A stretch of DNA of 64,000 nt from an uncultured Bacilli bacterium (lineage in GTDB: Bacteria > Bacillota_I > Bacilli_A > RF39 > UBA660). A program made the translations under genes and the position numbers. The stretch is from contig CAKOIJ010000001.1 in assembly GCA_934086775.1 (NCBI GenBank), positions 4,141-68,140 of the forward strand, in the 5' to 3' direction. Below are positions 49,987 through 59,930 of this stretch, one piece after another; positions within the stretch are counted from its first letter, which is position 1, and every line of letters starts with the position of its first letter. The notes below the pieces were generated by a model. The model worked only from the letters and a program-made list of their open reading frames with translations. It searched no databases and had not been told where the DNA came from.

Positions 49987-50592
49987 TTATTTTAATTTTA
50001 ATGTGCTTGTTTCATTTTCTTCTTGAATTCTTTTAATTGCTCTTTTAAGTTCATAATCGTACATAAAAAGTGTTCTTGAAGTAGTCTTATGTTCACTTAG
50101 TAATTTTTTTCTTTTATCAGGCACTAAATTTAAGGCATTATCTACATCAGTCTTCTTAATTTTGTAATTATTTTTTTCAGCAATAGCATTTAATAATTGA
50201 ATAGATAAACCATTTCTTTTCATTTCATATGATAAATAATTACTGTGTTTAAAAATAATTTCTTTTAATAAACCACATTTTGCAAATACTCCAAGTTTCA
50301 TTTTAAAATCGTCAAGCTCTGCTAAATAAATTCTACCATTTCTGGATAAGAATAAATCTATTTCTTCATCTTCGTAACCAAATACCTTTAAAAGTTTAAT
50401 AACATATCCTAAAGTGCTATAAACTTCACCAGTATTTACAGATGAGTTAGCAAAATAAAATCTAGTAATTCTATTTATTGCTATTCTATCAAGTCCAAAC
50501 TCCTCTTTAATTTTAACACATTCATTAGTGATTTCTTCTGCCCTTTCCCTTGTAATAGTGTTTCTTGCCCATGTACCATTATTTTGCATCAT
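49987..50592 (-). CDS. Hypothetical protein (201 aa)
   Basis: Intact ORF, no recognisable motif. Confidence 0.45.
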   Translation of the reverse strand: MMQNNGTWARNTITRERAEEITNECVKIKEEFGLDRIAINRITRFYFANSSVNTGEVYSTLGYVIKLLKVFGYEDEEIDLFLSRNGRIYLAELDDFKMKLGVFAKCGLLKEIIFKHSNYLSYEMKRNGLSIQLLNAIAEKNNYKIKKTDVDNALNLVPDKRKKLLSEHKTTSRTLFMYDYELKRAIKRIQEENETSTLKLK

Positions 50593-50685
50593 ATCAATTA
50601 CCCCCTTAAGTAATTAAAATTATACCATATTAAATACAAAATGTCAACAGCTTGTATTTAAATAAATACATTTTAATTTATAAAA

Positions 50686-50710
50686 TAAAAAGTCCTATTT
50701 TTAGGACTTA
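50686..50710 (-). terminator. Intrinsic terminator AGTCCTA-TTTTT-AGGACT after ssrA
   Basis: Hairpin plus U-run 10 nt downstream of the tmRNA CCA end. Confidence 0.55.
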
Positions 50711-50720
50711 TAATCATTAT

Positions 50721-51073
50721 TGGTGGAGCTGACGAAGAGCGACTTCGTGTCCAAAGTATCAACCATACAGACGTGTACAAGTTTAGTTGGTTTATTATTT
50801 CAAAAAATATTATGGAGAGCCAACGTTCCTATATTTTTCTAAGTTTAGTAATAGTTCATTATATAACCTAAACAATTATATAGTATAGTTCACTTTTATA
50901 AGTCCAGACATTACCCTCGTGAACAAAGAATAAGCTGAACCACTTGTTTTTCCTTAATTAGGCAAAAGCAGGTGCGTAATTAAAATCGTTTCCGATTATT
51001 TTTTGTTGCGTTTATAGTACGCCTACTACTTGCATCCATACGTACAACTACTCTGTCGAATCAAAACAGCCCC
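50721..51073 (-). ncRNA. ssrA: Transfer-messenger RNA (tmRNA, SsrA)
   Basis: 5' GGGGCUGUUUUGAUUCGACAG… pairs with 3' …CAGCUCC-ACCA. T-arm ACGAA/GUCGCUC/UUCGU. Internal tag ORF ending …GAUUUUAAUUACGCACCUGCUUUUGCC UAA UUAA (…DFNYAPAFA*). Located in an ORF-free region of locally higher GC. Confidence 0.8.
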
Positions 51074-51142
51074 ATAGTACGTTTATAATTTTAGCAAAAA
51101 GTTCTAATTATGTCAATAATTTTGAACCAAATTTTGTACTAT

Positions 51143-52348
51143 TTATCTATTAATTTTAATAGAATTAACTACTTGTTTATAGTTCTCTTCAAATAAATCT
51201 TTTTCACTATTATCATATATTAACTCAGTTAAATATACTTTATTCTTATCTAAAAGTAAATAAGTATAAGTTTCTTTATCAGTACTTTCTTTATAATTCC
51301 CCATTATCAAATAACCATTGATGCCATCTATTTTGCATTCTTCTACATAGTTTACATTAACCATTTCTTTAAGAAATTCTATATATTTTTCTTTAAAATC
51401 TTTTTTTAAATTATCACTTGATAAATCTAGAGTGAATTCTTCTAATATAACTGCTTCAAGTCCAGTTAAATATCTTTTAGAATAACCATCAAAATACCCT
51501 AGTTCATTATCGCTATTTTTCTTATCAAGTTCAAAATAGTCTGGTAAAGATAAAGAAATATTATTATATTTATAGGTTTTATAATTTACTTCATCACTTG
51601 AAAATAATAAGATAAGTATAAATGCTACAAAAATTACTAATAAAGTAATTAATCCATTTCTAACATTATTTTTAATATGTGTTTTTTTAGCATTACTTTC
51701 TTTTCTTTCTTCATTATTTATACTTTCTATATCAAAATAACTTTTATTACCTTTAGTTAAAACTATTCCTTTATTAATCATTTCTTTTAAAAACATATAG
51801 TTATTATTAACTTTAAAACTATAAAGTACCACTGTGTTTGGAATAGCATTTTTCTTATCAAAAGCATTATGCTCAGCATATATTTTTTCTAATTTCTTTA
51901 ATTTTTCTTCATATGAAATTTCATCATTGTCACTTACATTATAAGCTTCTTTATTTATATTAGAAATTACCCCACTTATTCCTAGGAACGTAAATATGAC
52001 TGATATAATATAATCACCTAGAATTGCTTTTAGAAAGCCACCATTTTGATAAAGATCAAATATATAACTTAAATTATGTCCTTCTCTTAAAACAAGCCAT
52101 GAAGGTATAACTATAAAAGTTAGAAGTGTTACAACTAGAAATGAAATAATACCTATTATAACAGAAGTCTTTTTAGTTACTTTTGCTTTTGCTTTTTTAT
52201 AAAATAAATATGCTCCAAAAGCTATTAAACTTGCTAGTAAACTTAAAATATATCCAGCATAAATATAAATTAAAACCCAAGGAAGCCCAAATATGAGTCC
52301 TCCAATAAATGCTGCAATTACTCCTTTTAAATAATTATTCTTTTCCAT
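51143..52348 (-). CDS. Hypothetical polytopic membrane protein (401 aa)
   Basis: Intact ORF, 5-6 TM, coupled to upstream genes in the trmD operon. Confidence 0.5.
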   Translation of the reverse strand: MEKNNYLKGVIAAFIGGLIFGLPWVLIYIYAGYILSLLASLIAFGAYLFYKKAKAKVTKKTSVIIGIISFLVVTLLTFIVIPSWLVLREGHNLSYIFDLYQNGGFLKAILGDYIISVIFTFLGISGVISNINKEAYNVSDNDEISYEEKLKKLEKIYAEHNAFDKKNAIPNTVVLYSFKVNNNYMFLKEMINKGIVLTKGNKSYFDIESINNEERKESNAKKTHIKNNVRNGLITLLVIFVAFILILLFSSDEVNYKTYKYNNISLSLPDYFELDKKNSDNELGYFDGYSKRYLTGLEAVILEEFTLDLSSDNLKKDFKEKYIEFLKEMVNVNYVEECKIDGINGYLIMGNYKESTDKETYTYLLLDKNKVYLTELIYDNSEKDLFEENYKQVVNSIKINR

Positions 52349-52349
52349 A

Positions 52350-52784
52350 CTATCTACCTTTACCTTTTACTTCTTCTTCACTATAACAATTATAAAGATT
52401 ATCTAGCATCTTGGAAAAATATTCTCTTTCATGATATTTATTTTTAAATTCATTTTCGGTAATGACTATCTTAGCTAGGAACTCTTTATACTCTTTATCT
52501 TTTAAAAACTCTTTATATTTATTAAATATACAAGCTTTTAATTTTTCAATTTCTCCTAAACAAGCTTTAATACCTGTTTCAGAGTCATCTTCACTAGTTA
52601 AAAAATTATATATCTTTTTATAACAAGTTTTCAATTTTTTATTAATTATTTTTAGAGCATACTCATTTTTAATTTCTTCGCTAACTAAAGTGACTTTACC
52701 TTTTTTTGACTTAACTAATAATCCATTAGTGGTTGTCATTCTTTTAAATTTTCCTTTATCTTTATTTTTCTTTAACTTGTACAT
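52350..52784 (-). CDS. Hypothetical protein (144 aa)
   Basis: Intact ORF immediately downstream of trmD. Confidence 0.45.
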   Translation of the reverse strand: MYKLKKNKDKGKFKRMTTTNGLLVKSKKGKVTLVSEEIKNEYALKIINKKLKTCYKKIYNFLTSEDDSETGIKACLGEIEKLKACIFNKYKEFLKDKEYKEFLAKIVITENEFKNKYHEREYFSKMLDNLYNCYSEEEVKGKGR

Positions 52785-52792
52785 AAACCCAC

Positions 52793-53455
52793 CTACTTCA
52801 TTAAATCGGGTCTTTTTTCTTTTGTAACCCTTACTCTTTCATTATATCTATATTCTTCTATTTTCTTGTGATCACCACTTAATAACACCTCGGGAACAGG
52901 AATTCCTCTATAAATACTTGGTTTAGTATATACTGGGTAATCTAATAAATTATCAGTAAAACTTTCACTTTTTAAGCTATCCTCATTAATAACACCTGGT
53001 ACGAGTCTTATAACAGAATCAACTACAACCATTGCAGCAATTTCTCCCCCGGTTAAAACATAGTCACCAATACTTATCTCTTCATCTACTAAAGTTTTAA
53101 TTCTTTCATCAAAGCCTTCGTAATGCCCACATAAAATTATCAAGTGTTTGTATTTACTTAAATCATAAGCTTTCCCTTCATTATAAACTTTTCCACTAGG
53201 AGTTAGCATTATAGTTAAAGAGTCATTATCCTTAACACTTTCTATAGCCCTAAAAACTGGATCACACATAAGAACCATTCCTGATCCCCCACCATAAGGA
53301 GTATCATCAACTTGACTATTATTTAAGGTACTAAAGTCTCTTATATTAATAAGATTAATTTCTACTTTTTCATCTTTAATAGCTCGCGCGATTATGCTTT
53401 CTTCTATAATAGGTTTAAACATATCTGGGAAAAGGGTTAATATATCTATTTTCAT
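52793..53455 (-). CDS. trmD: tRNA (guanine37-N1)-methyltransferase
   Basis: 220 aa, MKIDILTLFP…, SPOUT knot motifs. Confidence 0.9.
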   Translation of the reverse strand: MKIDILTLFPDMFKPIIEESIIARAIKDEKVEINLINIRDFSTLNNSQVDDTPYGGGSGMVLMCDPVFRAIESVKDNDSLTIMLTPSGKVYNEGKAYDLSKYKHLIILCGHYEGFDERIKTLVDEEISIGDYVLTGGEIAAMVVVDSVIRLVPGVINEDSLKSESFTDNLLDYPVYTKPSIYRGIPVPEVLLSGDHKKIEEYRYNERVRVTKEKRPDLMK

Positions 53456-53925
53456 AATAAACCATCAACTCCTTTAAATATTATCTTTTTATTCTTTACA
53501 TCTACTTCTTCAATAAACCCTTTATTAAATGGAATATATTTACCATTTATATAAAATAACTTATACCCATTGTTTATTATAATATCATTTATTTTCCCAA
53601 TGAATTCATTATTGTAATATCCATCAAGTCCTATATAATCGCTAAATAATAAATCGTCTTTTCCAAGATTAAGTTCTTTCTTATCCATATAAACTTTCTT
53701 ACCTTTGAATTTTAATACATCATTTATATAATCATACTCTTTAAAAGTAACCATATCAAATATCTTATGATGTCTATAAGAATTAATAGTTACTTTTTCG
53801 TTATCTATATAAAAATGTTTATCTTTAACAAAAGCCTTGTCTTTATATTCAAAATTACTTATTATCTTAACTTCACCCTTTAAAGCATGAGTATTAACAA
53901 GTTTACCTATATATACATATTCCAT
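53452..53925 (-). CDS. rimM: 16S rRNA processing protein RimM
   Basis: 157 aa, IGKLVNTHALKGEVKI motif, overlaps trmD. Confidence 0.85.
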   Translation of the reverse strand: MEYVYIGKLVNTHALKGEVKIISNFEYKDKAFVKDKHFYIDNEKVTINSYRHHKIFDMVTFKEYDYINDVLKFKGKKVYMDKKELNLGKDDLLFSDYIGLDGYYNNEFIGKINDIIINNGYKLFYINGKYIPFNKGFIEEVDVKNKKIIFKGVDGLL

Positions 53926-53929
53926 AATA

Positions 53930-54649
53930 TCACCTAAACTTATACATTATTATACCACCAGTTACAGCAACATTCAAACTCTCACACTTGTTATTCATAG
54001 GAATATTTATACTATCATCGCAGATTTCTTTTATATAATCACTTATTCCTTTACCTTCACTTCCAAGTACCAGAGCATAACTATTAATGTTAGCTTCATC
54101 TAAATTAATATTACCAAACATATCTGCATAATAAATTTTTATACCTTTACTTTTAATTAAATTAATTGCATCTTTTAAATCAAGAGTAACTATATTCATA
54201 TTAAATATAGTTCCTTCAGTACTTCTAATTAATTTATCATTAAAAACGCTTACACTCCTGGGACTTAAAACTACAGTAGAAACATTAAATGCAAGAGCAC
54301 TTCTAATAATAGTACCAACATTACCTGGATCTCCTACATTATCAAGTAAAACTATTTTTTCTCCTTTAATTTCTTTACCAAAGTTAAGTTTAACGACTCC
54401 CATTATACTTGGAGTACTCTTAAGTAAACTAATCTTTTCCAGGCATCTTTTACTAACTAAAGTAGTTTTTACATTGTATTTAGTATTTTCTTCACTTGTA
54501 ATTACTTCTAATAAATTGCCACTTTTATAGGCTTCTTCTACTAAATGTTCTCCTTCAACTATAAATTTATTTTCTTCTTTAATGAATTTACTATCTCTTA
54601 GTTTCTTAAAATAAACTATTTTTTCATTATTTACACTCTCTATCATCAT
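53930..54649 (-). CDS. TrmH/SpoU family RNA 2'-O-methyltransferase
   Basis: 239 aa. SPOUT motifs (LLDNVGDPGNVGTIIRSA, LVLGSEGKGIS). Confidence 0.75.
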   Translation of the reverse strand: MMIESVNNEKIVYFKKLRDSKFIKEENKFIVEGEHLVEEAYKSGNLLEVITSEENTKYNVKTTLVSKRCLEKISLLKSTPSIMGVVKLNFGKEIKGEKIVLLDNVGDPGNVGTIIRSALAFNVSTVVLSPRSVSVFNDKLIRSTEGTIFNMNIVTLDLKDAINLIKSKGIKIYYADMFGNINLDEANINSYALVLGSEGKGISDYIKEICDDSINIPMNNKCESLNVAVTGGIIMYKFR

Positions 54650-55287
54650 TACTCCTCATTTAAATGTTTTTTATTTTTTAGATAATCTGGTTTGTAGTAT
54701 TTAACTAATTTCCAAAATTCCTTACTATGATCAAAATGCACAAAATGTACAAGTTCGTGAACAATAACATAATCAATATCATCTATATCATGCTTAATAA
54801 GTTCTTTATTCAAAGTAATAAGTCCCTTACTCTTATTACAATAACCCCATTTCCTAACCATTTTTCTAATATTCACAACAGGATAATTAATAGGTAAATT
54901 AATTCTATCAAAAACTATTCTAACTCTATTAGTAAGTACTTCTTTACTCATCTTATCTAAAAACATATCAAGGTCACTCTCTTTACTAACATAAGCGTAA
55001 TCCAAATCAAGCACACAGTGTTTAACAAGATTAGTAATAACTACATTATACTCTTTACCTAAATAATAAAACTTACTAGCCTTATCTCTTTTCTTACACT
55101 CTTTTCTATACATCTTAGTAACAAAATCAATATTATTATTAATTAAATTACTCACATACTTATCACTAACAAAATAATTAGTTGTAACATATATACATAA
55201 ATCACTCTTAACTCTAATATAAGTATTCTTATTACTTTTTCTAATTATTTTAACTTCTACATCTGTCCCATCAATTACCACTTTCAT
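54649..55287 (-). CDS. YgjP-like (DUF45/SprT-like) zinc metallopeptidase
   Basis: HELVHFVHFDHS (HExxHxxxxxH) near the C-terminus, 212 aa. Confidence 0.65.
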   Translation of the reverse strand: MKVVIDGTDVEVKIIRKSNKNTYIRVKSDLCIYVTTNYFVSDKYVSNLINNNIDFVTKMYRKECKKRDKASKFYYLGKEYNVVITNLVKHCVLDLDYAYVSKESDLDMFLDKMSKEVLTNRVRIVFDRINLPINYPVVNIRKMVRKWGYCNKSKGLITLNKELIKHDIDDIDYVIVHELVHFVHFDHSKEFWKLVKYYKPDYLKNKKHLNEE

Positions 55288-55368
55288 AATAAAAGTATAT
55301 CATACATCTAAAAGAAAATAAACAAATTAAGAAAAAAACTATCACGCTTCAAACGCATAATAGCCTAT

Positions 55369-56298
55369 TTACTTAATAATCAATCCATATTTTTTCATCA
55401 TTTTTAAATGATTCTTAAATTTTGAATTAGATAGTAGATATTTTTGAACATAGATATTATTTTTCCAATTAGGAAAATTCTCATTAACATATTTAACACA
55501 TTTAAAAATGTACTCTTCCTCATAATTTTCAACACTCATAATTCTATTAACAGTACCAAATAAAATATGACTAACAACAGCAAATTCAATTCTATCAGCA
55601 AACATTTCAAATTTACCATTAAGCTTTGCAAATTCACAAATAGAATCGAAAGCTTTAAGTGTATCAAGTTGATTTAGTCTATTACTTCTTAAAGAACTAT
55701 CTGAATGAATAACATAAGTGTATAACGGTTCATTTACAAAAGAAACATTTTCATTAAATATTAATAATTTAAAAATAAATTCTAAATCTTCAGCAATTTT
55801 CAAGTTTGAAAATTTAATACCAGACATATTAATAATATCTTTGTTAAATAATCTTAAATCAACTGATGGACTCTGTAATAAAAGTAATTCTTCGCTAGTT
55901 CTAAAAGTTTCAGTTCTAATACCATTAATCTCCTTAAAACCTCTTAACATACAAGAAAAAGAATCATTTGGAGATATCGAGTTATAAAGTAACTCAAGAC
56001 ACCTCTCTTCAATATAATCATCACTATCAAGAAAATAAACATATTTAGCCTTAGCAATATCTAACCCTTTATTTCTTGTATATCCAACTCCCATATTATT
56101 TTCATTTTCATAACAAAGTATTCTCATATCTATCTTTTTATATTTTTCAATAATATCCTTAACTTTATCAGTCGAACAATCATTTATAACTATAATTTCG
56201 ATATTCTTATAAGTTTGATTAATAACAGACAAAATACATCTTTCAAAATATTTTTCATTATTATAAACTGGAATTATCACACTAATTAATTCTTTCAT
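55369..56298 (-). CDS. Family 2 glycosyltransferase
   Basis: N-terminus VIIPVYNNEKYFERCILSVINQTYKNIEIIVINDCSTD, DxD (LDSDD). Confidence 0.8.
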   Translation of the reverse strand: MKELISVIIPVYNNEKYFERCILSVINQTYKNIEIIVINDCSTDKVKDIIEKYKKIDMRILCYENENNMGVGYTRNKGLDIAKAKYVYFLDSDDYIEERCLELLYNSISPNDSFSCMLRGFKEINGIRTETFRTSEELLLLQSPSVDLRLFNKDIINMSGIKFSNLKIAEDLEFIFKLLIFNENVSFVNEPLYTYVIHSDSSLRSNRLNQLDTLKAFDSICEFAKLNGKFEMFADRIEFAVVSHILFGTVNRIMSVENYEEEYIFKCVKYVNENFPNWKNNIYVQKYLLSNSKFKNHLKMMKKYGLIIK

Positions 56299-56324
56299 TA
56301 ACTACAACTCCTTTTTAAAAAACA

Positions 56325-56741
56325 TTACTTTATAAGCTCCAAAGCCCTATTATCACTTACTAAAGAAATCATATCCTCGTGACTAAACATACTTCTTCCC
56401 ATATATTTTTGCTTTCCGATTTCATAATCCAAATGGTCAACCATCTTACGGTAAGAATTAAAATCTTTAAAATTACTTCCTATTTTATCCAAAAGTTCCT
56501 TTAAATCATTAAAATTATAGAAACCTCTAATATTAGAATTACAAATTCCAGCTTTATCAAAATGATAATAACCAATATGTAAAACTATATATATAACTGA
56601 AATATACTTAAAATCATTATGTAAACTTTGAGTATAAAAATATTTTCCTTTAGTAACATTATAAAAAGTATAAAATTCAAAATAGTTACGTTTCTTATCC
56701 TCAGCATACTCTTTACTTACCAAAACTATAACATCTTCCAC
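56325..56741 (-). CDS. Hypothetical protein (138 aa)
   Basis: Intact ORF. Confidence 0.4.
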   Translation of the reverse strand: MEDVIVLVSKEYAEDKKRNYFEFYTFYNVTKGKYFYTQSLHNDFKYISVIYIVLHIGYYHFDKAGICNSNIRGFYNFNDLKELLDKIGSNFKDFNSYRKMVDHLDYEIGKQKYMGRSMFSHEDMISLVSDNRALELIK

Positions 56742-56814
56742 TACAAAAACCTCCTAATAAAAAAAGTATATCATAAATAAGCAAAAGAAAAAAGCACCTA
56801 AGTGCTAAATCTAA

Positions 56815-57126
56815 CTAATTATTAACTACAGCAGTTTCTTCTGCTTCTTCTTTTTGTTCTAAAGGTACTACACCAAGAGTATAGCCGATAGGCTCTAAAA
56901 GTCTTATAAGTGTATTTATTTGAGGACTATTTAAATTATTTTCAATTTTAGCAACTGTTTCTCTAATAATACCGGCACGCTCTCCAACTACTCTTTGACT
57001 TAAATGTTGACTTTTTCTAGCAACAACAACTTGACGTATTACTTCTCTTTCAAGCTCGTTTAGTTTTTCATCCCTTTTTATTTCTTCTTCAGTTTTAACG
57101 ATATTTTCTTTCTTTGGTCTTCCCAT
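56815..57126 (-). CDS. XRE-family helix-turn-helix transcriptional regulator (start at MGRPKK…, SD gaagga)
   Basis: HTH region LSQRVVGERAGIIRETVAKIEN. Confidence 0.6.
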   Translation of the reverse strand: MGRPKKENIVKTEEEIKRDEKLNELEREVIRQVVVARKSQHLSQRVVGERAGIIRETVAKIENNLNSPQINTLIRLLEPIGYTLGVVPLEQKEEAEETAVVNN

Positions 57127-57323
57127 TTTTCCTTCACCGATTACTATTGTACCAAAAAAATGTACAATGTCAACCTTTTTTATTAAATTTTTATACTTTA
57201 TTTTATACAAACGACCACATAAAGAGGAATTGACTTAATATTATTAACATAGCCAAAGTTCTTAGTAGATAACATAAAGATGTTATAAATACATTTTAAA
57301 TAATTTTATATGTTTTTGAAGTT

Positions 57324-57746
57324 TTATTTATCTTCGTGAATGTCACTTTTAGGTTTTTCTAAACCCTCTATTTTTATACCTTTCTTTTCAGCATAATCCC
57401 AAAGTGCAGCACGAATTGCTTCTTCTGCGAGTAAACTGCAGTGAACTTTAACTGGAGGTAAACCATCTAACGCTTCCATTACTGATTTATTAGTAATTTT
57501 TAAAGCTTCATTTACACTTTTGCCTTTAATTAATTCAGTAGCCATAGAACTAGTAGCTATAGCAGCACCACAACCAAAAGTTTTAAACTTAACATCTTTA
57601 ATAATTCCATTATCATCTATGTCAAGATATATTCTCATAATATCCCCACATCTTGCATTACCAACTGTTCCAACACCATTTGCATTTTCTATTTCACCAA
57701 CGTTTCTTGGATTAGTAAAATGATCCATTACTTTCTCTGAATACAT
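57324..57746 (-). CDS. nifU: Fe-S cluster scaffold NifU/IscU (start at MYSEKVMDHF…)
   Basis: GxxGxxxCGD (GNARCGD), FGCGAAIA, conserved Cys triad. Confidence 0.85.
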   Translation of the reverse strand: MYSEKVMDHFTNPRNVGEIENANGVGTVGNARCGDIMRIYLDIDDNGIIKDVKFKTFGCGAAIATSSMATELIKGKSVNEALKITNKSVMEALDGLPPVKVHCSLLAEEAIRAALWDYAEKKGIKIEGLEKPKSDIHEDK

Positions 57747-57747
57747 A

Positions 57748-58923
57748 TTAGTTTTCTCCTTTCTTAATAAAATCTTCATATAAAGGACTCATATTTCTTA
57801 AATTATCTATAATTTCCTTTAAAGTATCAACTACGTAGTCAATTTCTTCCATAGTATTATCATGATTCATTGTAAGTCTTAAAGAACCATGCGCTATTTC
57901 ATGTGGAAGACCTATTGCCAAAAGAACATGACTAGGATCTAAACTACCACTAGTGCAAGCACTTCCACTTGAAGCACATATACCTTTAGCATCTAATTTT
58001 AAAAGCATTCCTTCTCCTTCAATAAATTGAAAACTAAAGTTTGCATTTCCTGGTAATCTTTTAATTCTAGAACCATTAAGTCTTGAATAAGGTATCTCAT
58101 TAAGTACTCTGTCAATTAAATGTTCTCTCAAAGATAGAACATATAGATTATTTTTTTCCATTTCACTAAATTTTAATTCTGCTGCTTTGGCAAAACCAAT
58201 TATACTAGGAGCATTAGTTGTACCAGCACGCTTTCCTCTTTCTTGCATTCCTCCATTAATTAAAGGTAAAATAGAAACATCTTTCCTAACATATAGAAAC
58301 CCAATTCCTTTAGGTCCTTCTATTTTATGCGCGCTTGTACTAAGTAAATCTATATTCATTAGGTTAACATCGATATTAATATTACCGTAAGCTTGAACAG
58401 CATCTGTGTGAAATATTATATTATGTTTCTTACAAATTTCACCTATTTCTTTTAAAGGCATAACTGAACCTATCTCGTTATTAGCGGCCATTATACTTAC
58501 CATAATAGTATCCTCTCTAATGGAACTTTCTAATTCGCTTAAATTAATAATACCATCTTTGTCTACATTTAAATAAGTGACTTCAAATCCAAGTTTTTCT
58601 AAATAATGACAACTTTCTAAAATCGCATGATGTTCTATTTTAGTAGTAATAATATGCTTGCCTTTATTCATTCTTCCAATCATTATTTTCTTAATAGCCC
58701 AGTTGTCTGATTCACTTCCTCCACTAGTAAAATAAATCTCATCTTTGCTAGCATTTATTGTTTTTGCAAGCAATTCTCTTGCGTCTTCTACTTTTTTACT
58801 AACTTCTCTTGATGCTCTATATATACTACTAGGATTAGTATAATATTCTGTAAAATATGGGAGCATCTCTTCAAGTACTTCCTTTCTAACCTTAGTAGTT
58901 GCAGCATTATCTAAATATATCAT
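57748..58923 (-). CDS. nifS: Cysteine desulfurase NifS/IscS
   Basis: 391 aa, PLP Lys motif SAHKIEGPKG, SGSACTSG active-site Cys loop. Confidence 0.9.
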   Translation of the reverse strand: MIYLDNAATTKVRKEVLEEMLPYFTEYYTNPSSIYRASREVSKKVEDARELLAKTINASKDEIYFTSGGSESDNWAIKKIMIGRMNKGKHIITTKIEHHAILESCHYLEKLGFEVTYLNVDKDGIINLSELESSIREDTIMVSIMAANNEIGSVMPLKEIGEICKKHNIIFHTDAVQAYGNINIDVNLMNIDLLSTSAHKIEGPKGIGFLYVRKDVSILPLINGGMQERGKRAGTTNAPSIIGFAKAAELKFSEMEKNNLYVLSLREHLIDRVLNEIPYSRLNGSRIKRLPGNANFSFQFIEGEGMLLKLDAKGICASSGSACTSGSLDPSHVLLAIGLPHEIAHGSLRLTMNHDNTMEEIDYVVDTLKEIIDNLRNMSPLYEDFIKKGEN

Positions 58924-59213
58924 ATTTCTTCCTTCCCTTCTTTAATATGCTCAAGACCATATTTAAGTATAACTCTAATATGATCATCACTAATACTATA
59001 TAAAACACTTTGTCCAAATTTTTCACATTTAACGAGGTTTAAATCCTTTAAATATTTAAGTTGATGACTAATTAAAGAATGAGATTTATTTAAAGATAAA
59101 GCTATCCCACTTACACATTTACCACCTGAAAGTAAACTATTTAATATCATTAACCTAGTAGGATCACCAAACACTTTATAAAATTCACTTAATTTATCAT
59201 AATCTTTTTGCAT
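58920..59213 (-). CDS. ArsR/SmtB-family transcriptional regulator
   Basis: 97 aa wHTH. FGDPTRLMILNSL…HQLKYLKDLNLV. Confidence 0.7.
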   Translation of the reverse strand: MQKDYDKLSEFYKVFGDPTRLMILNSLLSGGKCVSGIALSLNKSHSLISHQLKYLKDLNLVKCEKFGQSVLYSISDDHIRVILKYGLEHIKEGKEEI

Positions 59214-59316
59214 ATTTTCTCCTTATATGAATGTTTATTCATATAAGCAAATTATAAAACCATAGAAAAAACTTGTCAATACTTTTTGACAAGTTTTAAA
59301 ATAAATTAATACAAAT

Positions 59317-59787
59317 TTAGCCACATATACATTCTACATAAGTATCATTTAAACATCTTACACAACATAAGCAGTTAATGTTCATTGTGAATATAGAGTC
59401 TGTACCAACGTAAGGATAAGGACTACTGTCTTCAGTGTTTTCAGCAAGTACCCTAAATGTACAACAACATCCATCTACTTTTTCAACTCTAAATACATTA
59501 GAGCATCCTTCAGCATCAGTACTATTACAGTTAGTGTTTGTTCTAGTTGTTGGCATACTAAGTGGAGCACCTGCACCTGAACACATATAAAGCATTATAG
59601 GTCTAGTATTACATACAATACAGTTACTTCCCCCACCTAATGCTGGTCTATCACAAGAGTTTAAACAGTTATCCGGACAAGCATTTGATTGAAGCACATT
59701 AATTACTTGTAATATTTCTTGGATGCAGTTGTTTTCACAAGAATCATTATTTTGCCCACACTTACAACATCCAGTATTATTATTCAT
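59317..59787 (-). CDS. Cysteine-rich CotY/CotZ/ExsY-family spore coat/exosporium protein (start at MNNNTGCC…, SD ggggtg)
   Basis: 156 aa with about 25 Cys. SNVFRVEKVDGCCCTF and INCLCCVRCLN parallel the FRVERV…/CxCxxCLN blocks of Bacillus CotZ. Confidence 0.55.
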   Translation of the reverse strand: MNNNTGCCKCGQNNDSCENNCIQEILQVINVLQSNACPDNCLNSCDRPALGGGSNCIVCNTRPIMLYMCSGAGAPLSMPTTRTNTNCNSTDAEGCSNVFRVEKVDGCCCTFRVLAENTEDSSPYPYVGTDSIFTMNINCLCCVRCLNDTYVECICG

Positions 59788-59930
59788 ATAATTCACCCCT
59801 TCTTCATATTCACTAATAATTTATGTAAACAAATTATTTTTGTGAGTGAATTTAACTATTTTAAGTAAGTAAAATGTTTTTATTTATTTTTTTTAATAAT
59901 TATAGTATAATTTAATTAGGAGAGATTTAT

